A stretch of DNA of 11,983 nucleotides from Candidatus Thorarchaeota archaeon (GCA_048882045.1 JBHLRZ010000059.1:1-11983); one strand, 5' to 3'. Positions 1 through 7,407 are shown, counted from the stretch's first letter. Program-made: numbers and translations. Notes: generated by a model from the sequence alone, not told the origin.

Positions 1-306
1 AAGATGTTTAAACTCCGATATCAGTAGGTCGCCTGAAATCAGGATTTTAGGAACTTCTTGAATCATGTCGATTTTTGAGAACTGGAAATTGTAACCTCTT
101 ACCTTGCTTTCTTGATGGACATGATAGAGATACATTCCAATAGCCGCCACGGGATCTTCTGTTTCCTTGAATCTATCCAGCTGAGGGTGGTGTCTATACC
201 CTTTCGTCTTGCCCTGAAGGACTTTCTGAGCTAACAAAGATTCTCTCCATAATGCAACTAATCCCTTTGTATCCAGATATTTAGGGTGGATACTCCATAA
301 TCTCAT
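1..306 (-). CDS. Pyrimidine dimer DNA glycosylase / T4 endonuclease V-like protein (Pyr_excise family), runs off the left edge
   Basis: Not in the ORF track. Manual translation from ATG at 306 is open to base 1: MRLWSIHPKYLDTKGLVALWRESLLAQKVLQGKTKGYRHHPQLDRFKETEDPVAAIGMYLYHVHQESKVRGYNFQFSKI... The MRLWSxHPxYLD, LVALWRE and GYxHHPQLxRF motifs are characteristic of prokaryotic Pyr_excise proteins. Confidence 0.9.
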   Translation of the reverse strand, partial: MRLWSIHPKYLDTKGLVALWRESLLAQKVLQGKTKGYRHHPQLDRFKETEDPVAAIGMYLYHVHQESKVRGYNFQFSKIDMIQEVPKILISGDLLISEFKHL

Positions 307-327
307 CCTGTGAAATTCATATAGAGG

Positions 328-338
328 GGCTTATAGCC
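328..338. promoter_or_regulatory. Candidate shared (bidirectional) TATA element between the glycosylase gene and nrdJ
   Basis: GGCTTATAGCC reads TTATAG on + and CTATAA on -. It lies near the centre of the 50-bp intergenic gap, about 26-30 nt upstream of both ATGs (357 and 306), which fits archaeal leaderless promoter spacing. Confidence 0.45.
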
Positions 339-356
339 TATTAGTCCTATCAATAA

Positions 357-2396
357 ATGAGAGAGAATTCGCCGGCGAGGACAAAGTTGAAGGTTGAGAA
401 GAGAGACAAAAGAATAGTGGATTTTGACGACTCAAAGATTGAGGCTGCCATAACCAAAGCCTTCGAGTCGATTAATGCAGATACAGGTCCTGTAAGAGGT
501 CTGACGAAGGAGGTCGTGCAGATCATCCAAGAACAGGAGCGAGATGTCGTCCACATCGAAGAGATACAGGATATTGTTGAAGATACGCTCATGCTTCGGG
601 GATTTACTGAGATTGCCCGACGATACATGAAATATCGTGAGAAACACCATGAAGCACGCAAGATTCTCCAGATGATGGGAGTAGTAGACGACCTAAAGTT
701 TGGTCCCAATGCTGCCACTGTTCTCTCGAGATATCTTCTGAAGGAAGAGGATGGAAATCCAATTGAAACACCATCAGAACTGTTCCGCCGAGTGTCTGGA
801 GCTGTTGCTAGTATCGAGAAGAAGTATGATGCGGATGTGGATGAAAAGGAATACGACGATCTATTCTATTACATGATGGCAAACTTGGAGTTTCTTCCAA
901 ACAGCCCAACTCTGTTCAATGCGGGTACAGAGATAGGACAATGCAGCGCATGTTTCGTTCTCCCAATTGAAGACAACATGGATTCGATATTTGGTTCTCT
1001 TCATCACATGGCAGTCGTTCAGAAGTCTGGAGGAGGGACTGGTTTTTCCTTCTCAAGACTAAGACAGGAAGGAGCAACTGTAGGTACTACAGGAGGAGTT
1101 GCCAGCGGACCAATAAGCTTCATGAAAGCATACGATACTGCGACTGAAATCATCAAACAAGGAGGACGCCGAAGGGGAGCAAACATGGCTATTCTTCGTT
1201 GCGACCATCCAGATATCATGGAGTTCATTGCCTGTAAGTCAGATAAGACTTCGTTCAGGAACTTCAACATCTCAGTTTCTCTCACTGAACCATTTATGGA
1301 TGCTCTGAAGAAGGAGAAAGAAATCGATTTAGTGGCTCCACATACCAAAGAAGTAGTACAGAGTGTAAGTGCCAGAGTGATCTTCGACGCTATCGTACAT
1401 AACGCATGGAGTACAGGAGATCCTGGGCTCATTTTTATCGATCGTATCAATGATGCACATCCACTCAATGGAGCGCCAATCGAGTCAACCAATCCTTGCG
1501 GAGAACAACCTCTGCTTCCCTACGAATCATGTGTTTTAGGAAGCATCAATCTCTCGAGGATGGTCACGGATGGCGAAATCAATTGGTCAAGACTCGAGGA
1601 GGTCGTGAAACTCGCAGTTCGATTTCTTGACAATATCATCGATCTGAATGTCTATCCTGTGAAAGAAATTGAACGGGTGACAAAAGCCAACAGGAAGATT
1701 GGGCTGGGAATCATGGGTTTTGCAGAGCTCCTCATCAAACTGAGAATACCCTATGACTCCGTGATGGGACTTGAGAAGGCTGAGGAAGTGATGTCTTTCA
1801 TCAGACAGAAGGCTGAGAGGGCCTCAGCTGAACTTGCCAAAATACGGGGAAATTTCGAGAACTTTGCTCTTCTAAAAGATCGAAATAAGTGGAAACGAAA
1901 TGCGACTCTCATCACTGTTGCACCCACAGGCAGTATCAGTCTGATTGCACAGACAAGCAGTGGTATAGAGCCTCTATTTGCAGTCGCACATAGCCGAAAG
2001 TTAGCGGAAGGCATTAACCTTAGTGAGGTGAACCCACTTTTTGAAAAAGTAGCAATGGATGAGGGATTCTGGAGTGATGAGATTGAGCATGCAGTAGCAA
2101 AATCTGGTTCCGTACAGCATATCGATGAGGTTCCAGAGGACATCAAGAAGATCTTCAAGGCAGCCCATGAAATTGATCCAGAGTGGCACATTCGAATGCA
2201 GAGTGCGTTTCAGAAACACACTGACAATGCAGTAAGCAAGACTGTCAATCTGCCAAATAGTGCTACAACCGAAGATGTTGAACGTATATTCCTACTAGCA
2301 GATCAGCTCCAACTCAAAGGAACGACGGTTTTTCGTGATGGATGTCTTGGTGGAGTTCAGGTGCTCTATCCCGGATGCCAAGATTGTGACGGATGA
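357..2396 (+). CDS. nrdJ: Adenosylcobalamin-dependent (class II) ribonucleotide reductase with N-terminal ATP cone
   Basis: ATP cone (VEKRDKRIVDFDDSKIEAAI...EEIQDIVEDTL), FLPNSPTLFNAG, SACFV (Cys199), GGRRRGANM, NFNISV, TNPCGEQPL (radical Cys381), CVLGSINL (Cys392), APTGSIS and AVSKTVN. KGTTVFRDG lacks the class I Tyr-Tyr dyad, and no small subunit gene is adjacent. Ends in a C-terminal CxxC. Confidence 0.93.
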   Translation: MRENSPARTKLKVEKRDKRIVDFDDSKIEAAITKAFESINADTGPVRGLTKEVVQIIQEQERDVVHIEEIQDIVEDTLMLRGFTEIARRYMKYREKHHEARKILQMMGVVDDLKFGPNAATVLSRYLLKEEDGNPIETPSELFRRVSGAVASIEKKYDADVDEKEYDDLFYYMMANLEFLPNSPTLFNAGTEIGQCSACFVLPIEDNMDSIFGSLHHMAVVQKSGGGTGFSFSRLRQEGATVGTTGGVASGPISFMKAYDTATEIIKQGGRRRGANMAILRCDHPDIMEFIACKSDKTSFRNFNISVSLTEPFMDALKKEKEIDLVAPHTKEVVQSVSARVIFDAIVHNAWSTGDPGLIFIDRINDAHPLNGAPIESTNPCGEQPLLPYESCVLGSINLSRMVTDGEINWSRLEEVVKLAVRFLDNIIDLNVYPVKEIERVTKANRKIGLGIMGFAELLIKLRIPYDSVMGLEKAEEVMSFIRQKAERASAELAKIRGNFENFALLKDRNKWKRNATLITVAPTGSISLIAQTSSGIEPLFAVAHSRKLAEGINLSEVNPLFEKVAMDEGFWSDEIEHAVAKSGSVQHIDEVPEDIKKIFKAAHEIDPEWHIRMQSAFQKHTDNAVSKTVNLPNSATTEDVERIFLLADQLQLKGTTVFRDGCLGGVQVLYPGCQDCDG

Positions 2397-2398
2397 TA

Positions 2399-4390
2399 CT
2401 ATCTTGCTCGTTTAATCTCTTCAACAGCTTCCGGATTGACTAGTGATGCTGTATCGCCTGGATCGTCTCCAAGATATGCAGCTCGAATCATCCTTCGCAT
2501 GACCTTTGCGTTTCGGGTTTTTGGTAAATCAGAAACGAACAATACTGCGCGAGGAGTGAGTGGTTTACCCATAGCAACAACAACAGACTGCTTTAGCTCC
2601 TCTCGTAGTTCCTCGGATGGTTCAATTCCTGGATTCAAAACACAGAACACCACAAGTTCATTGAGTTTAATCTTATGAGGAACACCAATTGTTGCTGCCT
2701 CAGCAACTGAAGGATGTGCTACTAAAACTGATTCGGCCTCTGCGGGTCCAAAACGTTTTCCTGCTACTTTGATAATGTCATCTGAACGTCCTAGTATATA
2801 CCACAGTCCATCTGAATCTATTGCTGCAAAATCACCGTGAACCCAAACATTCTCCCATCGAGACCAGTATGTGTTTTCGTATCGCTCAGGATTCTTCCAG
2901 AACCCCCGTGTCATTCCAATCCACGGGGACTTTATGACAAGCTCGCCCACCTTATTGCGAACAGGTCTACCATTCTCATCGAAGACATCTGCAGCAATTC
3001 CTGGACATGGGCCAGAGAAAGCACATGCCTTGAGAGGTAGCAATGGGTTGCCCATTACAATCCCTCCAGAAATCTCTGTCCCACCAGAATAATTGATGAT
3101 TGGGATTCTCCTTTTCCCAACCGTCTCAAAGAGCCACATCCACGGATCGGGATTCCAAGGTTCACCAGTGGATGCAAAATAACGGAGTGATGACAGGTCA
3201 TGTGGTTTTATTGGGGCTTCACCATGAGTCATAAGGAGTCGAATCAGTGTTGGTGATACACCCAAGATCGAGATTTTATGCTTCTCAACAATTTCCCATA
3301 ATCGACCAGGACTGGGATAGTCTGGAGCTCCATCAAACAGGAAGAAAGTTGCCCCCAAGATTAATGCTCCAAAAACCAGCCACGGACCCATCATCCAGCC
3401 CATGTCTGTCATCCAGTAGATGATTTCTCCTGAATGTAGGTCAGTTCCAAAAGCCATGTCTTGAGCAGATTTTACTGGGAATCCACAGTGCGTATGAACA
3501 GCACCCTTTGCTAGTCCTGTTGTGCCCGATGTGTAGATAATCATCATTGGAGATTCTGCATCTGTTATCTCAGTTTCAGCAGAATCAGATTGGATTGGAA
3601 TGATTTCATCCCACCAGTGGTCCCTCCCAGGCTTCATTTCAACTGATCCTCCAGCCAAATTTAGGACAATCATGTGTTCCAATGACGGGATTCTACTTGC
3701 AGCTTCATCTGCAACAGGTTTCATGGGATTGATTTTGCCTCTACGGACAGAGCCATCAACAGTGATTATTGCTTTGGCATCTGCATCACTCAATCTGTCT
3801 ACGATTGCGTTCACTCCAAATCCCGAGAATAGAGGAAGGATGATCCCGCCTATCTTGGCAATAGCAAGTAGAGCTATGGTGATCTCAGGAATCATTGGCA
3901 TATAGATTCCAATTGGGTCACCAAACCCAAGACCAATTGAGCGGAGCGCATTTGCGGCTTTGTTGACCTCTCTGTACAGCTCTCCATAGGTCATAGATTT
4001 TGTAGATCCATCCTCTCCTTCCCAAATCAGAGCCCTTTGATTCTCAACAGAGGTTCCAATATACTTGTCAAGGCAATTATGAACGATGTTCATCCTAGCG
4101 CCAACACACCATATTGGCCAAGCAATACCCTGAGAGAGATCAACTACTGTAGAATAGGGTTCGTAAAATTGAATGTCCAAAAATTTGAGAACAGCATCTG
4201 TGAACCATGCTACATCTTGTGTTGAACGTTGCAAAAGTTGATCAAAAGTTTCTATTTTGTAGAGCTCCATGAATTTCGTAAGATTGGCTTCTTCTACATG
4301 TTTTTGTGATGGTTCCCAGACAATCTTTCCACCGAACTCAAAGGTTTCTTTCAACAGACAATCTCCCATCATCTTTGAAGGTATTCTCAC
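2399..4390 (-). CDS. acs: AMP-forming acetyl-/short-chain acyl-CoA synthetase
   Basis: Motifs YTSGTTGLAKG, STGEPWNP, SGGTE, HGD, GRSDD and PKTRNAKVMRR (conserved catalytic/acetylatable Lys). The start is uncertain. TTG at 4354 (LKETFEFGG...) has GGGAG 8 nt upstream and may be the real start rather than GTG at 4390. Exact substrate cannot be determined from sequence. Confidence 0.85.
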   Translation of the reverse strand: MRIPSKMMGDCLLKETFEFGGKIVWEPSQKHVEEANLTKFMELYKIETFDQLLQRSTQDVAWFTDAVLKFLDIQFYEPYSTVVDLSQGIAWPIWCVGARMNIVHNCLDKYIGTSVENQRALIWEGEDGSTKSMTYGELYREVNKAANALRSIGLGFGDPIGIYMPMIPEITIALLAIAKIGGIILPLFSGFGVNAIVDRLSDADAKAIITVDGSVRRGKINPMKPVADEAASRIPSLEHMIVLNLAGGSVEMKPGRDHWWDEIIPIQSDSAETEITDAESPMMIIYTSGTTGLAKGAVHTHCGFPVKSAQDMAFGTDLHSGEIIYWMTDMGWMMGPWLVFGALILGATFFLFDGAPDYPSPGRLWEIVEKHKISILGVSPTLIRLLMTHGEAPIKPHDLSSLRYFASTGEPWNPDPWMWLFETVGKRRIPIINYSGGTEISGGIVMGNPLLPLKACAFSGPCPGIAADVFDENGRPVRNKVGELVIKSPWIGMTRGFWKNPERYENTYWSRWENVWVHGDFAAIDSDGLWYILGRSDDIIKVAGKRFGPAEAESVLVAHPSVAEAATIGVPHKIKLNELVVFCVLNPGIEPSEELREELKQSVVVAMGKPLTPRAVLFVSDLPKTRNAKVMRRMIRAAYLGDDPGDTASLVNPEAVEEIKRAR

Positions 4391-4440
4391 TATTCATAGA
4401 CATTCCCCTATATCATGGTAGTGATTCATAAAATCCGAAA

Positions 4441-4602
4441 CTAGAGAGACAATTCAGACTTGTTCACAGCATGTTTTGTGATTTCCAGATTGCAGGACTT
4501 TTTTTCCTTGCACCATTTCTCACATTCTTTAGCCAGTTTCTCTTCCTTGTACAAGAGGAGACACTCCTCACAGAGAAACAGTCCATCCACCTGTTTAGTC
4601 AT
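4441..4602 (-). CDS. Small (53 aa) Cys-rich zinc-finger-like protein
   Basis: Not in the ORF track (shorter than any listed ORF). ATG 4602 to TAG 4441: MTKQVDGLFLCEECLLLYKEEKLAKECEKWCKEKKSCNLEITKHAVNKSELSL. Pattern C-x2-C-x12-C-x3-C followed by C37 and H44. It is co-oriented with both neighbours and fills an otherwise empty gap. Confidence 0.85.
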   Translation of the reverse strand: MTKQVDGLFLCEECLLLYKEEKLAKECEKWCKEKKSCNLEITKHAVNKSELSL

Positions 4603-4656
4603 ACAGAATGGTTAGTTCGATGTTAATTTTAGTGTAGTCATATATCGGTGAATTTT

Positions 4657-4696
4657 ATGAACTGTGATTCATTGGTAATATTAAATATAGATTCAT
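4657..4696. promoter_or_regulatory. Tandem candidate operator sites (WTGAA-N6-TTCAW type)
   Basis: ATGAACTGTGATTCAT at 4657-4672 and the degenerate TTAAATATAGATTCAT at 4681-4696 (24-bp period). Both resemble the palindrome at 5246-5261. Confidence 0.5.
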
Positions 4697-4817
4697 TATT
4701 ACTCGGTGAGGAATGTAACAAAAATCTGTGATACTTCATCTGGACCAACATTAGATTGTAGATCAGCTAGTTCAAATGTGGAGTAGAATTGATAACTACG
4801 TGACGACAAATCAATGA

Positions 4818-5234
4818 CTATGGAGAGTCCCATCGTTGCCATCGGATTTTTGTAGAGCCACATTTAGGACAAGCATTTTGTGGGTCTTTGTCCATATCAA
4901 GTCTATAGCTACAATCTGCACACTGAAGACCACCAGAACCATCACCCAATACGTAGCAGCCCCCTTCTATACGTAAGACCTGTCCTTCCACAATGCCTTG
5001 CGCAATCTTATTTCGTGCAGATGCAAGTACCCGATGAAATGTGGGTTGGCTTATTTTCATAATAGTGCAGGCTTCTCTCTGGTTCATACCTTCATAATCA
5101 GCAAGACGGACTGCTTCTAACTCATCTACTGTCAGAAGTATCTCTTCAAGTTCCTTTGCAGGAATGCCTGCTGGTTTATAGACTGAAACTGTGGGTTCTC
5201 TATGGACAAACCTATGTCGTTTTCGTCGGGGCAT
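4818..5234 (-). CDS. DUF134 (UPF0251/COG1342) family predicted DNA-binding protein with C-terminal Zn ribbon
   Basis: Typical DUF134 N-terminus MPRRKRHRFV...YKPAGIP...LTVDELEAVRLADYEGMNQREAC..MKISQPTFHRVLASAR.KIA..IVEG..LRIEGG, followed by CADC...CPKCGS. Start moved from 5303 (track) to ATG 5234 because the family begins at 'MPR', which also removes the overlap with the SDR gene. 138 aa. Confidence 0.92.
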   Translation of the reverse strand: MPRRKRHRFVHREPTVSVYKPAGIPAKELEEILLTVDELEAVRLADYEGMNQREACTIMKISQPTFHRVLASARNKIAQGIVEGQVLRIEGGCYVLGDGSGGLQCADCSYRLDMDKDPQNACPKCGSTKIRWQRWDSP

Positions 5235-5245
5235 GTTCGCTGGTA

Positions 5246-5261
5246 TTGAATCGTGATTCAA
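5246..5261. promoter_or_regulatory. Perfect palindrome, candidate autoregulatory operator of the DUF134 gene
   Basis: TTGAATC-GT-GATTCAA (7-2-7 inverted repeat), separated from ATG 5234 by 11 nt. It overlaps a TATA-like TTTTTGAA on the minus strand. Confidence 0.65.
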
Positions 5262-5286
5262 AAAGGATTCCGGTCCGATCAGAAGC

Positions 5287-6036
5287 CTATATCGCCATAC
5301 CACCGTCCACAGATAGGCAAGATCCAGTACAGAACTCGGCTTGAATCAGATAGAGGATGCCTTCTGCAATCTCTTCTGGACGACCGAATCGCCTGAGAGG
5401 TTGACGTTCGATAAACTGTTTTCTAGCAGCATCTGGATCGGGGAATTTCGCCAATCGTTCTTTAAGAGAGGGAGTATCTGTGGTCCCAGGACAGATACAG
5501 TTCACTCTGACCTTGTCTTCCATATAATCGACAGCCATAGCCCGAGTAAGCGCGGTGAGTGCTCCTTTAGATGCTGTATATGCAGCACGGTCCTTTGCAC
5601 CCATTAGAGCTACTGCCGATGCCACATTGATAATTACACCCTGAGTTTTTCTAAGATGAGGGATGGCAAATTTTGATGCGAGATAGACACCCCTCACGTT
5701 AACAGCCATAGTTCGATCCCAATCTTCCAGACTAGTGTTGTCAACCCTCCCAGGGAGGACTATACCTGCATTGTTGACAAGGATGTCCAATTGGTCGTAG
5801 TTCTCAGTAGCGATGGTAACCATCTGTTGGACGAATCCTTCGTCAGAAATGTCACCTCTGACAAAAGTTGCTTCTTCACCAGTTGCTTTGATATCATCAG
5901 TAACACTCTGTCCAGATTCTGTGATGTCGTTGCACACTACTTTCACTCCTTTGCTAGCAAGTAGTTTTGCAGTGGCTTCTCCAATACCAGCGCCTGCTCC
6001 TGTGACAATCGCAACCTTACCTTCCAAAATCATCAT
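5287..6036 (-). CDS. Classical short-chain dehydrogenase/reductase (SDR), probably NAD-preferring
   Basis: Motifs TGAGAGIG, NNAG, catalytic S...YTASK, VNCICPG and VDGG. Asp at the end of beta2 (CND) suggests NAD(H). ATG 6036 with GAGG 8 nt upstream is preferred over the track start at 6042. Confidence 0.92.
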   Translation of the reverse strand: MMILEGKVAIVTGAGAGIGEATAKLLASKGVKVVCNDITESGQSVTDDIKATGEEATFVRGDISDEGFVQQMVTIATENYDQLDILVNNAGIVLPGRVDNTSLEDWDRTMAVNVRGVYLASKFAIPHLRKTQGVIINVASAVALMGAKDRAAYTASKGALTALTRAMAVDYMEDKVRVNCICPGTTDTPSLKERLAKFPDPDAARKQFIERQPLRRFGRPEEIAEGILYLIQAEFCTGSCLSVDGGMAI

Positions 6037-6274
6037 CGACAATTCCTCAGCCTGATTCTATGAATTAGTTTCATCTTCATAAATAGAGGTGTTCTATCGA
6101 AAGTATGAGTTCATTGTGGTGAATATATTGAAAGAACAATCGTGGTGCAATTATCAAATAGTAGTTCAAAATGGTATGGCAGAATTTCTATAGGACTAAC
6201 CGAAATATCACTATAAGTAACAAAAAGATAGGTAAATTGCGTCACCACCAAAGAAAAATGGAGTTTGAGACTGG

Positions 6275-7309
6275 ATGACCGAGTCTCTCAGCTGGCAATT
6301 CAAGGTTTGCCTAATCGGTGACGGTTATGTCGGAAAGACCAGCATTCGCCGTAAGTACATAGGAGAGGGATTCAGGTCCAACTACATTCCGACCTTGGGG
6401 GTTGACTTTGCACAAAAATACACAGAGACTCAAGATGGCAATGCACGTCTGGTGATTTGGGACATAGCTGGTCAGACGCAGTTTCAGAGTCTTCGTAGGA
6501 GATATTATGAAGGATGCAGTGGTCTCATTCTCGTTTATTCAGTTGTGGACAGAGAGTCCTTTGATAATGCCAGTAAATGGTTAGTAGAAGCGCATGGATT
6601 CATGGAGGAGTTTCCGCCACTCATCATTGTTGCCAACAAGATTGACCTTCGGAATTACTATCCAGAAGAGGATTTGATTTCACATGATGAGGGAGAGGAG
6701 TTCACCAAGAAAATCAGTGATGAATTGAATACCCCAGCGATCTTCATTGAAACCTCAGCTCTTACTGGAGAGAACATTGATGATGCATTCAACAGACTAA
6801 CCGCTGTGATGATTGATCCAAGCTCTGCAAAGACAGTCGAGGCTGAAAAGGAGCAACCGATAGCTGAAACAGATACAGCTATAGTCGGTGAGTCATATTC
6901 AGCGGCCCCATCTGTTCAGGTCGATGCTGAAATCAGTGAGCAGCCTGCGAGTGCAATATCAGCTGAAGAGGCTCAAATTGGACAGGATATGACGGAACTT
7001 GTGGAACTACGCGCAAGACAGAAGAGAGCTGAACAAGACCTCAGAGATTATTCACTAGAAATTGAAACCAAACTTCTTACTCTTAGAAACACTGTGCATG
7101 TCAAAAAGATCATGTACGAACATCTTCGTCAGCAATTAAGTCAGACCAGACAAGAATGGGCTGATGCATATGAAGAGCATGTCAAGCTCGATGAACAAAA
7201 GAAGACGGAAATCGACAAGAAGTTAGAAGAAATAAGGCAGATCAAGACAAAAATTGATGAAATCGAATCCCAAGTGAAGAAACAGGTCCAAGATTTGGAA
7301 TTTGATTGA
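6275..7309 (+). CDS. Rab-like small GTPase (Ras superfamily) with acidic linker and C-terminal coiled-coil domain
   Basis: G1 GDGYVGKT, G2 YIPT, G3 WDIAGQ, G4 NKID and G5 TSAL. RabF-like motifs LGVDF, RLVIW, QFQSLR, YYEGC and LVYSV. Residues about 181-231 are A/E/S/P-rich, and residues about 232-344 show heptad-patterned helix. Confidence 0.92.
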   Translation: MTESLSWQFKVCLIGDGYVGKTSIRRKYIGEGFRSNYIPTLGVDFAQKYTETQDGNARLVIWDIAGQTQFQSLRRRYYEGCSGLILVYSVVDRESFDNASKWLVEAHGFMEEFPPLIIVANKIDLRNYYPEEDLISHDEGEEFTKKISDELNTPAIFIETSALTGENIDDAFNRLTAVMIDPSSAKTVEAEKEQPIAETDTAIVGESYSAAPSVQVDAEISEQPASAISAEEAQIGQDMTELVELRARQKRAEQDLRDYSLEIETKLLTLRNTVHVKKIMYEHLRQQLSQTRQEWADAYEEHVKLDEQKKTEIDKKLEEIRQIKTKIDEIESQVKKQVQDLEFD

Positions 7310-7407
7310 CTATCTGTTCTTCCAGAGTAAATTATTGGTTATCGTTAGGTTCAAGTATTTTGCTTCATTTAATAGTAAATACCTGAAACCTATTGAGAAT
7401 ATCCACA

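Noticed and set aside
357-2396. Intein or intron in the ribonucleotide reductase
   Set aside because: Motif spacing is continuous and the length is compact. No intein splice motifs or homing endonuclease are visible.
2394-2678. Possible selenocysteine/TGA readthrough of nrdJ: the frame stays open about 94 codons past the TGA stop (includes track ORF 2436..2678)
   Set aside because: The extension is exactly antisense to the conserved acs C-terminus and has no recognisable motif, and NrdJ already ends in a sensible CxxC. It is best explained as a shadow ORF.
5235-5303. Longer DUF134 start given by the ORF track
   Set aside because: It overlaps the SDR gene, adds 23 non-family residues before the typical MPR start, and spans the palindrome/promoter region.
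6060-6074. ATGAA-TTAGT-TTCAT upstream of the SDR gene as another DUF134-type operator
   Set aside because: The spacer is 5 rather than 6 nt and the shared GATTCA core is absent, so it was not counted as a site.
6190-6217. ATAGGACTAA...CTATAAG upstream of the GTPase, also present on the minus strand at 330-350
   Set aside because: A single 10-bp match in AT-rich intergenic DNA with different spacing to the TATA-like element is compatible with chance.
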